NCBI GenBank assembly: GCA_012295275.1
Contig: CM022673.1
Location: 3,906,001 to 3,970,000 of the forward strand
Direction of reading: 5' to 3'
DNA length: 64,000 bases
DNA from: Chrysomallon squamiferum
Taxonomy: Eukaryota > Animalia > Mollusca
The notes beneath the pieces were generated by a model. It saw only the letters and a list, made by a program, of their open reading frames with translations. It was not told the DNA's origin and ran no database searches. A program made the translations under genes and the position numbers. This document shows, one piece after another, positions 42,390 through 54,148 of the stretch. Every line of letters begins with the position of its first letter. Position 1 is the stretch's first letter.

Positions 42390-45300
42390 TATTATTATTA
42401 TTATTTTATTTTAACATTAAAGTCCAAAAATAAACAAAGAAGATAGTAAACAATAATATTTCATCAAATGCATCTTGCTAATATTTATTTCTTTTTAAAA
42501 AAAATAATAACGCTAAAGAAATTCAAATAAAAAGTAATGTAGAGATACTCAAAAATTATTTCTTTTTCCTTACCTAATATATTAAAAGCTTAGTGAAAAA
42601 AAAGGGACATTTTCAGCCATTAAAGGTTAACATTTTTACTTCTAATCTACATGATTTCTTATTGACAATTCACATAAAATAAAATCAAAATTTAAAATAT
42701 CGGCAAACTGAAATTATCATTAAAATTTACTTATTTATTTAAAATACTTAAAACTTAAAATAAAACTGTACTGATATGATAACACGCAATAACATTTATC
42801 AGTTATTAGGTTAACAGCTGACACCAAAGTGACTTTCAACAGAAAAGAGCCAGTGAAGGGTAGTATATGCGTGAAACACCGAAACAATAACAACATAATT
42901 ACACATTTCAAGCAGAAAATGTCGTTGGCGACTCCCCACTGAGTTACCCATCATTCCTTCTGCACCGTCCCTGTCTGCCAATCAGCCAATCACAAAACAC
43001 GATTTAAATAAGGTTCACAAATACAAGTATTACATTAAATGCAAGAAAAACCTAGACAAAAACACAACCATTTTTAAATTTCAGTAACATACATGAGTGT
43101 TAGGAATAACCCATGGTCTGCATCGTGTGTCTTTTTTATTTTTATTTTTTCATTTATTACTTTTTTTTTAACTTACCTTAATTTAACTTCTGTGAACTAT
43201 CAATAATTTCATATTAATGTTAATAAAGAGGATTTAATGACTAAATTATTGATGATTTTTTAAAAAATTCATTCTATTTATATAGCTGAAATGAACATGA
43301 AAGAATAATGAAAAAAGGTTAGTAAGAATGAATTTTAAAAATATAATCTATTTACCTAGCTAATATGTCAGTAATAAGAAATTTCTTAAATTTTAATAAT
43401 TCAATAAATATACAACTTTTAAAATTTCAAAGAAAGGGCATGCGACACAGAATATATATGTGTTATTAGTATATTAGTAGAGGACAACAGTGGCTTTAAA
43501 ACAATATAGCTAAAGCCTGGAAACAAGAGTACCAGAGACAATAACTATAACAAAATAAAATAACAACATGGAAACATAAAATGGTTTAGTACTATTATAA
43601 TATTTAAATCTAATTAAATATAGTTTATGGGGAAAAAAAATATCTTTTCGTATTTGAAATTTCCATATATATATATATACATATACATGGAGATTTTTTG
43701 CTTTATCAGAATGTAACCATTTATTACTACAGATTACTTTGGCTATTTTTCGTTACCTGTAGACATTATGTTATTTCTTCGCACGTTGACATCCATAGAC
43801 TGAAGCAGCAACATGGCGATTATCTGAGGTCTGTTGTTCATTGCGGCATAGTGAAGCAGAGACAGCCCATGTTTGTCCTGCTTGGCAAGTCGCGAAGACG
43901 GCATTTTTCTACACAGGGTTTGGAAAATGGCTACCAAACCTCTTTGAGCTGCAGCCTTCAAGCCATTCACTGGAGTCTTTAAACACAAAAATGGTATTAT
44001 TATACATTTACTGTAAGTACCGATTAATTTTATACTTTTGTAAATAATTTTCATGTAAGTAAAATAGTTTTTTTAATATTCCTTTGTAAATGTAGTCACA
44101 TATTTTATTTTTAAGCTCTTATTATTTATATCAGGTGAAGGTACAGTTTCACTAATTTAATCTTTAGTTATATACTAATGTTTTGTTCAGTATATAATTT
44201 TTTTTAAATTTTAAATTTTATTCTGAAAATGTGCAACAAAATATTCAACATTTAAAATGTTTTTATATATAACTGAAAAAAAAAAAAAAAAGAACAGAAA
44301 TATTAATTATGAAAACTGGGATAAAGTTGATACTCTGCATGAAGCACTTTGTCAGTAGAATTAGTTTTATATTTATCCTTTCATCTGTAAAAAAAAATAA
44401 CAAATAAAACAAGCAAAAATGTTTAATTATTTTTAGTTTTATACAGTATTTCATTATTATCATATCTTTTCAATATTTAATCATTATTACTTAGTGGGGT
44501 TTTTTGGTGTGTTTTTTTTAAGAGGGATGGGTTATCAGGTGTTTACATGAAATGTTCAATAAATATTAAATTGGCTATTAATTCAAAAAATAGACTGGAA
44601 ATAATTCATTACAGAGTTCATGCTTCTGATGTCAAGGTGACTGAACCAAAACTGACATAAGAACAAACATACCAACCAACAAACTACAATAGTCTACATC
44701 AGTATTATGCACAACAAACTGTTTACACTAAAAACTATTTAACCCAAAGCCATATTTTTTTATCCAAAACCTATCTATAGTCTTTCATAACCATCTTCTA
44801 CAGTGTCTAAAGTTAAGCTATGTGCAAACATAAACTAATTTTATTTACTAATGTAAAATTCTAGCATGGGATAATCTAGATACCTCATATGTAAGTGTGT
44901 AAAAACACATTTACTAACTGGAATACGTACATTTACACACATTCATACACATGCATGCACACACATATACAAACATCCAAAAAGCTCACATAGTCACTCA
45001 AGTTTTTTTTTGTGCTTATATTTCCTGGAGAAATGACACTTAAAGTTCCTCCAAAATTAACTTAGCTTATCTTAATTTTAATACATCTAGATTTCAATCT
45101 ATTATTTGTGCATTATTACAAATTTAGTTCATGTTATCCACTTTTCTGTTTATCCAGATCCAATAAAAAATTAATTATAAGAGGTTTCAACCTAAAATGC
45201 ATCCAAGTGATCATAACATAAAACGCATTAGAAAAAAGGAATTATTATTCTGATAAATATATTTGCACTGGCTTGTTATTCTATGAATAATTCAAACAGA

Positions 45301-48112
45301 AATTAAAACAAAACAAAATAGATCCATTATGCATGGAATGTCAATAAACATAAGAAAATGTCTAACATAATGCATATTATTCCTTTTTAAATGCATACGA
45401 AGATAGTAATTTAACCTTACTACTCATATTACCAGCAGACTACATTCCCTGATTTCACGAGAGTAACCAAAACGCAAAAATAATAATAATAAAAAATAGT
45501 AATAAAATAATAAAATGACATTTTGAAAAATGTTAAGAAGCCATATGCACAGTTAACATTGGGATTTGTTTTCACCCAATATTTTTGTCATACAGATAAA
45601 ACTTGCCACTATCGTTATTTACTACATATTTTGCACTTCTGCAAAAAAGATAAAAAGAGAATGAATTCTAAAATATCTAAAAGAGGTTTTTGATTGATTT
45701 TTTTTTTGATTATTTTTTACTAACTATTGAAATTTTACTTAATAACTACTGAAAGTAAAAATGATAGAAAAAAATCAAGTCATATTAAAATTTTGTTAAA
45801 TTGAAGAAGGTGCCTCTATTTTGAAATTTTAAATTTATTTCTATACCTATGTTACATCACAATATTAAAACACAAAATTTCTTATTTTTATAATTTTAAT
45901 TAATTTTCTAAGACTATACTACTTTAAGTTAAAAAAAAAAAAAGTTCAACAAACTGAAATTTAAATTAATTTGTTATGTCATTATTACTTCACAGTAATA
46001 AAAACCAAAATTATGTATTTTGAAATTTTCATTAATATTAATCTATGACTATTTTACTTTACAATATTGAAAAAATGAAGCGTGACTGGAAACTAAATAT
46101 TTATCACCAAGAGAAAAGTTATGTAAAATACCCGATCAGCTGCCAATTCCTGGTCAAATGAAAAACAAACAATTGTGTGTGTGCAAATGAAAACAAAACT
46201 GAAATGATGTTTAACACAAAATACAGAAATAAAAAAAAACATAATAAATTTTTTTAAAAGCTGAACAATTTCCAAAAAAACCCATTGAGTTTTCAGGTAT
46301 AAAACATATATATGTAAATATGCAAATTAATAAAGGTATTGTAATACACACACAGAGAGATAATAAATATGTAAATTAACAAAAGGCTTTTTGTTTTTTC
46401 ATATTTAGGTGAATAAAATACATACAATAATAATCATTACATGAATACATTTTCTCAACAGCAGAAACACATGAATAAAATTAACACATATTTCAAAACT
46501 GACAATATATTAATCTCACAATGGTAAAGTCTGTAGCATGTGTCAAAGAATCTAGTGGGTCTTTAGATTGTTTCCAAATAAGCTGTAATATTAATAAGTG
46601 AATATCCCCTCCAATTTATTAAACACTTGTATAAAAATTAAATAATAACGATATTTATCCAGTAATGTATGCACTAATATACATGCCTAACGAATCTATA
46701 CTGTCTGCAAAAAACATATATTATTATAATATTCATAAAACAAAAACCAAGACATTAATACTTTAATATATGCATGTGTGCATAGACATATGTGACTTCA
46801 TACCTTCAAAGTGTTTGCCTTTTTATGTCCAAAATATTTCTTGAACTGTTCATGCAGGTTTATGTCATTTATTGGAAGTTTCTTTGGTTTTAACCTGCTG
46901 ATTTCTTCAACAAAAGATTTCACCCACAGAGGTTTGTGAGGCTGTTGCCCATAAAATGTCTCAAAATCAATCATTATGGTCATGTACCTTGAAAGAAAAG
47001 AAAACAATAACATAATGCAGAAAATAAAATAATAACATAATACAGAAAATATAATAATAACATAATACAGAAAATAAATTAATAACATAATGTAGAAAAT
47101 AAATTGATAATATAATGTAGAAAGTAAAATAATAACATAATGTAGAAAATAAAAAATAATATAATGTAGAAAATAAAATAATAACATAATGCAGAAAATA
47201 AAATAATAACATAATGCAGAAAATATAATAATATAATGTAGAAATAAAAAATAATATAGAAAAGAAAATAACAATGTACAAAGGAAAATAATAACTTAAT
47301 GTAGACATATAAACATATAATAAGCAAATCCTATTTTAACAACGAAGAAAAACAAATAAAATATTTTGTAGTAATGTTTCTGCAAAGAAATAATAATAAA
47401 AATAACAACAGAAAAGAAAAACCTTTCCTATAAAATTCAAGTTTTGCCAATCCTCTACATACTATGTACTTTATATTTTATTAATATTATCATATGATGC
47501 ATTTTACATAGTACAATTAAAGGTTTTTTGGTCACAGATATTTATGTATATACTATGAACTATATAACAGAAAAGTGTTTACAATCAAATTAGGTAATGA
47601 AATATGTTGTATTTTATACAGTGATATAAAGATTATCTTCTTCACAATATTATTGTTTTCCTTATTTTTCTCCTTCTTTTTTTCTCTTTTTATTTTCTTT
47701 TATTCTGTTTCCTTTTATCTTTTTTTTTTTTTTTTTTTTTTTTTTTGTCTGTGTGTACATGTGTGCATTAACAAACAAGTAAAATTAACAGAACTTGCAG
47801 AAAAAATGCCAACCAAAAACTGATTCAATTCTAAAAGTGTGCCATTTTCAAAATGAGATTTATTCCATCACAAACCACAAATTATTATCTGAACTGTTAC
47901 AGACCTTTTGCCATTCAGCTCACTAACTGGAATCTTGTACTGGTCTGGGATGGCAGATTTTGGATCACAGTTGAGTAACTTGGTTAGATGTTCTGTAGCT
48001 TCTGTCTTCATTTTTTCATACTTTTGTTTGAACTCACTGGGCACATCAACCAGTGGAGGTGTCTCAAGATCAAATACAATGCCTGAATTAATAAAAAAAA
48101 AAAAAAATTAAT

Positions 48113-48143
<31 letters not shown>

Positions 48144-48700
48144 ATAACATCACTTAATAGGGCAAATAAGTGAAAGAGATGTGCATATCCTGCTGAAAGT
48201 ATGGAATTTGGTATATGCGGATTTTCAAGTATGCTGAAGTCAAAATTAAAGGGACGTTTTGCAAATTTTTACCAGTCTTTTGCACTATGAAGTTTTATAA
48301 TTATTCTTATAACAAAACAGAATATACTGTGAAGTTTTATAATTAATCTTATAATGCTGTTTAGTTCACCTCCATGTAAATGAAAATACTGGTCGCCAAA
48401 GTTGAAATTTTTGCATTTGAAATCAGGTCCAAGAATCAAGGGCGGAAATTCTCTTTCAGTGCGACATTCATCACCTAAAAAGAAATTATAAACCATCACT
48501 TGATACACATCAATAAATTGGTGAAAGCCAGATGACATTTTATATTTAAACTATTCAAATGACCAATTCAGAGGTATTAAATAACTTTATGAATGAAAAC
48601 ACACACAAAAAAAAACAACATCTTAATGTAGCTATATTTACATATATTTTTCAGTGTTTGTCTGTGAAGTGTATATGTATGTGTGTTGTGTGTCCATATA

Positions 48701-48737
<37 letters not shown>

Positions 48738-50726
48738 ATATTAGTGTGTTCATGTGCATATTTATCACAGGTATATTTACAATTTTACATGTTTATACTA
48801 TATGCATGCAGGCTTGTCATATGTATGTATGCATCTGCCTATTTGCATATATTATGGAGAGAAAACATATATGTGAGAGGTTGTTTTTGTTTATTGCTGC
48901 AGTAGTATAGAGTTTTTTAATATAATAATGATGTATGTGATTTTTTCCATAGCATATAACTTATTTCAGACATTCCCTGTCTTATGCAGATGTATATATA
49001 TATATATATATGTAATTATTCCATGAGTTTTGTTTTTTTCACTCAGATAATTAATATAGTTATGTTCTTGTCATATACTAGTATTAAATATGGTATATTC
49101 CAAGATACTTAAGTTTTGATCTGATCCAACTACATATGACAGAGAGTGTCTGTATGTGACCTGACAAACAGTTAGTGACAAACTTACTTGTCGCTGGACT
49201 GAGCATCCTGGCAATATTAGGAATCTTCATTTTCTTCTTCATGCCGATGAGAAACGCTGTCATGTAGCTGATGAACCGGAGCAGCTGCAACTGTCGTCGA
49301 ATCTCTTCTTTGTTTGGCAAGTATTTTTCAATGACAGTTCGGTGCAGATCAAGCCTCGTTTTGATCCTCTCAAATCCCATGTGATCAATCCGGTCATCAA
49401 GAAGCTGCACGATGCTGGAGATCATCCAGTCGGCATCAACGATGTACATGTCGTTGGTGCACTGGACTGACTTCTGAACGAATGTCATCTGCATGCTGAT
49501 CTGGTCAATGTGGCTCATGAGAAAACGTCTTTCCTCTGCCATTTCGGCATCACCTGCTTGTTCCAATGGCATATCATCATAGATTCCTGCATAGTCTGGA
49601 TCTTTGGTGATGTCCATTAAACCTTCAATTTTTTTTTTCAACAAATTAAGGCATTATTATTAGTAGTGGTATAGCAGTAGTAGTAATAGCAGTAGTTGTA
49701 GTAACAGGAGTAGTAGTAGTAGTAGGAGGAGGAGGAGTATTATGTAGGGTAGCAACAGTAGAAGTAGTAGCAGTAGTACTATTAGAATTAATATTGCAAT
49801 TTTTATATATTTATTTGGAGTTAATGTTGACAATTCAGTGATATATTCTCATTACTTCAGTAAATATATAAAACATTTAGAGTGTTTCATTTCACACTTT
49901 AATTAATTTTTTTATTTGTAATTTTTAAATGTAATTATGAAGATAATTCAAATTAATAAACACATTATATTCACTTCAGAAAGATGAATTTACATTAATC
50001 ACAACTGTTATTCACTTAGTAAAAGTATAAAAATATTTTAGCCACGATAGGGAAGAGTAATTTCAACTCTCAGTCACCCATACAACTTGACACTTAACAA
50101 AAAATCTGAACAAAAACTATTTAATTACCTGCAGTTGTAAATTCTATCAACAAAGGCTTTTTTGTTTCATGAAATCCATTAGCATTAACATCCAAGTTCG
50201 AACGCCATCGTTCTGTGAATTTTGTTCTTTTTTCCTTTGGAAAATATGCTCCGTGCCACAGTGCCTTCATCATATAGTCCACATTTAACATTATCTGCCC
50301 CACCTTTGTATCCAGATAGGCTGGGGGCAACTGGCAGGTGGTGCTTTTCTCAAAGTTATGTTCTAGTGATATGGTGGGTGTCTGATGAAGAACATATATC
50401 CCTATGGTCAACTCTCTAACGATCTGATGAAAATCTCGGTAGTCAAAGTCATGCTGAATTTTTGGATCTTCAGGCAAAAAAATCATGCAACTGTCTGTGC
50501 TCATGGCACTAATGTTGCTGATGAGGCCACAAGGAGGATCAGTTGGCAAACGAAAGTCCTCATTTGACAGCAGCCAGTGGGATGAGGAGTAAGCCAGCAT
50601 TTCTTGAAGATCGTAACGCTCATATTTTTCAAAAAAGCTTGTGGCTTGCCTGTTACACAGTGCAACATGAGCATTTTCTTCAGATGGAACTTCATGCTTT
50701 AACAATACACTTGCTGGAGTAGCCAT
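30549..50726 (-). CDS. ANKAR: Ankyrin and armadillo repeat-containing protein (whole gene, 19 coding exons, ~1439 aa)
   Basis: All 18 introns are GT-AG with compatible phases, and the summed CDS is 4320 nt including the stop. It has an ANKAR-type N-terminal region (CQLPPAYLDTKVGQIMLNVDYMMKALWHGAYFPKEKR), ankyrin repeats (LLHYAAMNNR, TALHVAARCG, GWAPVHHAA) and many armadillo repeats. Length and architecture fit ANKAR as recalled. Confidence 0.93.
31423..31460 (-). CDS. ANKAR: ANKAR coding exon 18 (LEVNGGYPVSLP)
   Basis: aaacag| ... G|gtatag, 38 nt. It bridges phase 2 to phase 1. Confidence 0.85.
32033..32457 (-). CDS. ANKAR: ANKAR coding exon 17 (IVVLARVIVDQDQV...GLPSQ)
   Basis: actcag| ... 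TG|gtgagt, 425 nt. Confidence 0.93.
33193..33351 (-). CDS. ANKAR: ANKAR coding exon 16 (EIRIRAGMALTAFAFNN...AAFQ)
   Basis: tgacag| ... CAG|gtttag, 159 nt. Confidence 0.92.
33917..34146 (-). CDS. ANKAR: ANKAR coding exon 15 (VANVNNKLTQ...KSRSE)
   Basis: gtgcag| ... GAA|gtaagt, 230 nt. Confidence 0.92.
34541..34702 (-). CDS. ANKAR: ANKAR coding exon 14 (CMLAIALG...GTLCV)
   Basis: tttcag| ... G|gtgagt, 162 nt. Confidence 0.92.
35179..35332 (-). CDS. ANKAR: ANKAR coding exon 13 (NINVEVREQGACAIWALAG...KLLYV)
   Basis: tttcag| ... G|gttagg, 154 nt. Confidence 0.92.
35510..35975. repeat. 65-bp minisatellite (~6-7 diverged copies) overlapping the ANKAR exon 12 donor
   Basis: ggcaaa recurs at 35581, 35646 and 35711 (period 65). 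Confidence 0.85.
35959..36109 (-). CDS. ANKAR: ANKAR coding exon 12 (PLVELIKSSRNVTVQVK...LRLLK)
   Basis: ttgcag| ... AAG|gtaaga, 151 nt. Confidence 0.92.
36485..36578 (-). CDS. ANKAR: ANKAR coding exon 11 (ILQAATAAALAAIS...EDSA)
   Basis: tttcag| ... AA|gtaat, 94 nt. Confidence 0.9.
37169..37582 (-). CDS. ANKAR: ANKAR coding exon 10 (armadillo repeats)
   Basis: ttacag| ... G|gttagt, 414 nt, encodes GGIPPLVNLL. Confidence 0.93.
38047..38151 (-). CDS. ANKAR: ANKAR coding exon 9 (MLRDEQISKKDSAVKCLEAL...ILEA)
   Basis: tttcag| ... G|gtaac, 105 nt. Confidence 0.9.
38250..38430 (+). mobile_element. Degenerate tRNA-derived SINE in ANKAR intron 8
   Basis: An A-box-like tagctcagtgg at ~38255 is followed by a decayed B-box-like ggatcagttctc. 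No cloverleaf can be formed. Confidence 0.5.
38589..38797 (-). CDS. ANKAR: ANKAR coding exon 8 (LKSTCILLASSSGG...VWKILV)
   Basis: ttccag| ... A|gtgagt, 209 nt. Confidence 0.92.
39095..39185. repeat. 21-bp minisatellite (~4 copies, attatctgaccaatggaaat-type) beside the exon 7 donor
   Basis: Read directly from the sequence. Confidence 0.85.
39199..39400 (-). CDS. ANKAR: ANKAR coding exon 7 (ankyrin repeats; PTALHVAARCG...STKN)
   Basis: ttttccag| ... GA|gtaagt, 202 nt. Confidence 0.93.
40658..40759. repeat. Near-perfect ~51-bp tandem duplication
   Basis: tacatttagatataattaatgtttattcctaaaaaaagcaaataattaaga occurs twice, differing in A-run length. Confidence 0.9.
40999..41031 (-). CDS. ANKAR: Candidate 33-nt symmetric microexon of ANKAR (adds DLVKCIIYVSE)
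   Basis: ttttatag|ATTTAGTC...TCTGAAG|gtaacg, phase 1-1, open frame. Confidence 0.35.
42059..42170. repeat. (CA)n microsatellite
   Basis: Read directly from the sequence. Confidence 0.95.
42948..42974 (-). CDS. ANKAR: Candidate 27-nt symmetric microexon of ANKAR (adds DRDGAEGMM)
   Basis: ggcag|ACAGGGACGGTGCAGAAGGAATGATGG|gtaact, phase 1-1, open, in a GC-richer island with a CTGAT branch-like motif upstream. Confidence 0.6.
43757..43976 (-). CDS. ANKAR: ANKAR coding exon 6 (ankyrin repeats; TPVNGLKAAAQRG...IMST)
   Basis: tttaaag| ... G|gtaac, 220 nt. Confidence 0.9.
46804..46987 (-). CDS. ANKAR: ANKAR coding exon 5 (YMTIMIDFETFY...ANTLK)
   Basis: ttcaag| ... AAG|gtatga, 184 nt. Confidence 0.9.
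47000..47300. repeat. ~22-24-bp minisatellite (aataacataatgcagaaaataa-type) abutting the exon 5 acceptor
   Basis: About 12 diverged copies. It explains the spurious F/Y/I-rich ORFs at this position. Confidence 0.9.
47905..48082 (-). CDS. ANKAR: ANKAR coding exon 4 (IVFDLETPP...ELNGK)
   Basis: ttcag| ... AG|gtctgt, 178 nt, open in the expected frame. Confidence 0.88.
48370..48474 (-). CDS. ANKAR: ANKAR coding exon 3 (DECRTEREFPP...FHLHG)
   Basis: ttttag| ... G|gtgaac, 105 nt. Confidence 0.9.
49188..49622 (-). CDS. ANKAR: ANKAR coding exon 2 (GLMDITKD...SPAT)
   Basis: ttgaag| acceptor (A-rich, atypical), A|gtaagt donor, 435 nt. Confidence 0.85.
50129..50726 (-). CDS. ANKAR: ANKAR coding exon 1 (MATPAS...FTTA); exon probably starts at acceptor 50878
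   Basis: ATG at 50726, donor G|gtaat, 598 nt, phase 1. An upstream tttttcag acceptor implies a non-coding first exon. Confidence 0.92.
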
Positions 50727-51289
50727 GTTCTCTACTTAAATGTGAGTTTTAATTATGAGTAATGATGACAATCTTCTACACAACGAAAGTTATCTAGGAT
50801 GTGAATATCCTGCTTTCCACTTGGATGTGTGCAGAGTATATTCAAAGTTTTTTGAACAGGTGAATAAGTAAAATCTTTCTGAAAAATAATAATAATGAAC
50901 ATAACAAAACAAAAATAACAACAAAATCTACATTTTCCTTCTGAATGGAATTTTATCCTTTACAGTCATTTCTGTTATTTCATTATTAGATTTAAATTAT
51001 TTCTTTGTCATGTTTTATTTGTATTCTGAAGGGGTGGAGTACACCAAATTCTTGGAATTTAATTGTAAACATGTATATTATTATTATTATTATTATTAAT
51101 GAAAAAACACAGTATATTTAGGAAGATATCTTTACAACATTTAATTCATTCATCATTTGTTATTACTTCGTGTAATTTTATGTGAAGCTTTTAATCCATA
51201 ATTACTTTATATTATAAAATGCTAATATGTTATAATCACAGAATGATCAGATATAAACTGCAGTAATTGTATGGCTATCATTTAATAAC

Positions 51290-51800
51290 ATTCCGATTTG
51301 ATGTTCCGCCGTTAACGTATGTAAATTGTGTCACCTAATGCAGTAACGGTACTGAACCAAATTAAAAATTGAAATTGGTTCTTTCCAACCAGTTAGATAT
51401 CTTTCAAATTAATTTTTTAATATTCACTATGTAGTAAAAATAATTTTATATAAACACTTTTTAATATTATTTTATGACTGTCACACAAGACTGCACAAAG
51501 AGCTTACTTAGCATGCTGTTATCATTAAGGTAGCGTCATGCGTTTCCCACCGCAACCAAAGCAAGCTATCGCCATTGTTGATTTTGTCAACAACCTGTCA
51601 CAGTTTCGTATTTTCTGTAAAACAAATGTTTACAAATTAATATTCGTTTTTTAAATCGTATACTTTTATTACCATAATTTTATCCGATATATTTGACTAA
51701 AATTTCATTAAAGCATAAAATGGTTTTAACCGTTAAAACACTTACAATTATATTCATTTTACGGAAATAGCCGATAATTACCGAAACGTAACTTGTTCCA
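51290..51800. promoter_or_regulatory. Putative shared (bidirectional) promoter region of ANKAR and the P4H-like gene
   Basis: CpGs reappear here between two divergent genes. There is an X-box-like GTTTCCCACCGCAAC (51542-51556) and a forkhead TGTTTAC (51627-51633). Confidence 0.45.
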
Positions 51801-51954
51801 AATTACCATTATTGTTATTGTTTGGGGGTTTTTTATTTTATTTTTTGTCTAATTGTTTAAATATATATCGAATAGATGTGAAAATATTTGAAAATGAATT
51901 ATGATTTTTTCCCCACAGTTAAACTAATAATAATAACAACAATATAACAATAAT

Positions 51955-51990
<36 letters not shown>

Positions 51991-52119
51991 AATAATAATA
52001 AAAACGCAGTTTGTTTGGAACTTTTGTATGGAAATAACTTCTTCTTATTTATAAAATTCAGCACCTTTAAATTCATCATTATCATTCGTTTTTTCAAAAA
52101 GTATTAGCCAATGGAACGC

Positions 52120-52186
<67 letters not shown>

Positions 52187-52848
52187 CACGTATTCATACA
52201 AACATCACTCTGCTCAGCCTATCTACACGTTAAGTCGAAATACATATTATGTTTTGTCTCGAAAAGACACAATTCGTTATCTTACAACCTTTAGCATTAG
52301 ATATACCCTACTGTTTAACCCAGTCGTATAATTATCAGATATATATCTTGATAGTATATTATAATAACAGCCATTGTTTTATTCTTACCAGCATCTAAAG
52401 GGCATAAAATAAGAATTGCCGCTACTTATTCTGAAGTAAGTATTTGTATTTTAATACTACTAATTTTCTTTCCTAAAACTTTTATGTAAACTGCAGTATA
52501 GTTTTCACAGTGGTATTAATAGTAGAACTATTAGTAATGGCGGTGGTGGTAGTAGTAGAACAGTAGTAGTAGTAGTAGTATTTGCGGTAATCGTAGTAGT
52601 AGAAGTAGTTTCGCTGATATTTTGTTTGAAGTGATCGTTTTCATCGTCGACATAGTAATAAAACAAATTTTTTGATGTCTTACAGTGATAACTGAACAGT
52701 CGAATCAAAACCATGTTTTATTACGGGATTTGGAGATTTATGAATAAAAAAATAATAAAATAAAATAAAAATATATACCCGGTTTCAAAGATGTATCACT
52801 GTCGGCCCTTCCCTATTGTTAAACTTCCGATGTTTTGTTGTTTTTTGT

Positions 52849-52897
<49 letters not shown>

Positions 52898-53433
52898 CAC
52901 GTTGTTATCATTATACTGAAACCCAATTTATCTTGAAAGTTATCCCAAGTGTAAAGATAATACTGCTGTTTTGAAATCACGGATTCGCCCCTAAAAATGC
53001 TTATCTGAAAAGATATGTACTGTGTTTTAACAAACATAAACACGTACACAAATAAATCTCAAAAACTGTCTAGCTTTAAAGTATATAACTGTAGGTACTT
53101 TAAAACGTAGGAATAATAATAAAAAATGCTTAGCATTATCAAGAAGGTCCTGATTCGTTCGAATTTTGCTGTGTTCATATTATGTATATATAAATATATA
53201 ACAAATATTTACAACTGAAATAAGGAATAATTTACACACGTTATGTATGAAAACCAATTTATTTATGTACAAATCTATGTATCTATGAATGTCTGTGTGA
53301 TAAAGGTTAACTAATAAATGTTTACCTGCATTTCTATGAGTCTATCTATCTGTCTGGGATACCAACATAAACACGACAAGTATACAATGCATATTGCTCA
53401 AGTGACATCAGTTTCTAATTATTCTTTTAGAAT

Positions 53434-54148
53434 ATGGCGCGAAAACGACTTGTTAAAAGAACGGTCGAAAGTAGGTCAGCACCAGACGAAAAAACTGTAC
53501 CGAGATCATCAAAAACTATCAGTAACGATTTTTCATCGTCTGTCAAAGTAATACTTTTAATCATCATCGGAATCTGCATTATCGGTTTTCTGTTTTACCC
53601 AGATATATCAAATTTAGTAAATTCCATGAAAAATACCAAAGACGACCCTGTTAAATACAACGATGAACGTGACAGAGATGCAAGTTTAAACAGCGACAAC
53701 AAAAAAAGTAAAAGACGAGAAGATTTAATGGAAGAAGAAGAAAATGGCGGCTACATTGCAGATACTAATGATGACGATGCAGACGAAGAGGACATCAGTT
53801 TAGATGTAACAAAGGAAAAGAAGGACGAAAAGAAAAAAACAGAAAAAAATGAACAAACCTACGTTAAATTTGAGCCAGGAAAAACCGGAAGTCTGCCTAT
53901 CAAAATAGAAGACGACAGTCAAGTACCGAAAACGAAATCAAAACCGAAATCAAAGTCAAACGATAAAACTAAAAAAAGTCGGCCAGTGAAAATAAAAGAA
54001 ACAAAGAGAAAGATGAGTTGCCAGACGAAATCAAAAATTTTAAAGCCAAGTACCAGAAGACTCTTACCGCTAAGAAAATATTTTCCGGCGGACGAAGAAT
54101 ACCACCAGTGGAACTTCTACATCAGAAGGAAACCAACAGTTCCGTTAA
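53434..54148 (+). CDS. P4H-like coding exon 1 (TM helix, charged stem; contains the frame break)
   Basis: ttcttttag|aatATG start and AA|gtatgt donor. The 3' part is phase-compatible with exon 2 only in the -1 frame. Confidence 0.75.
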
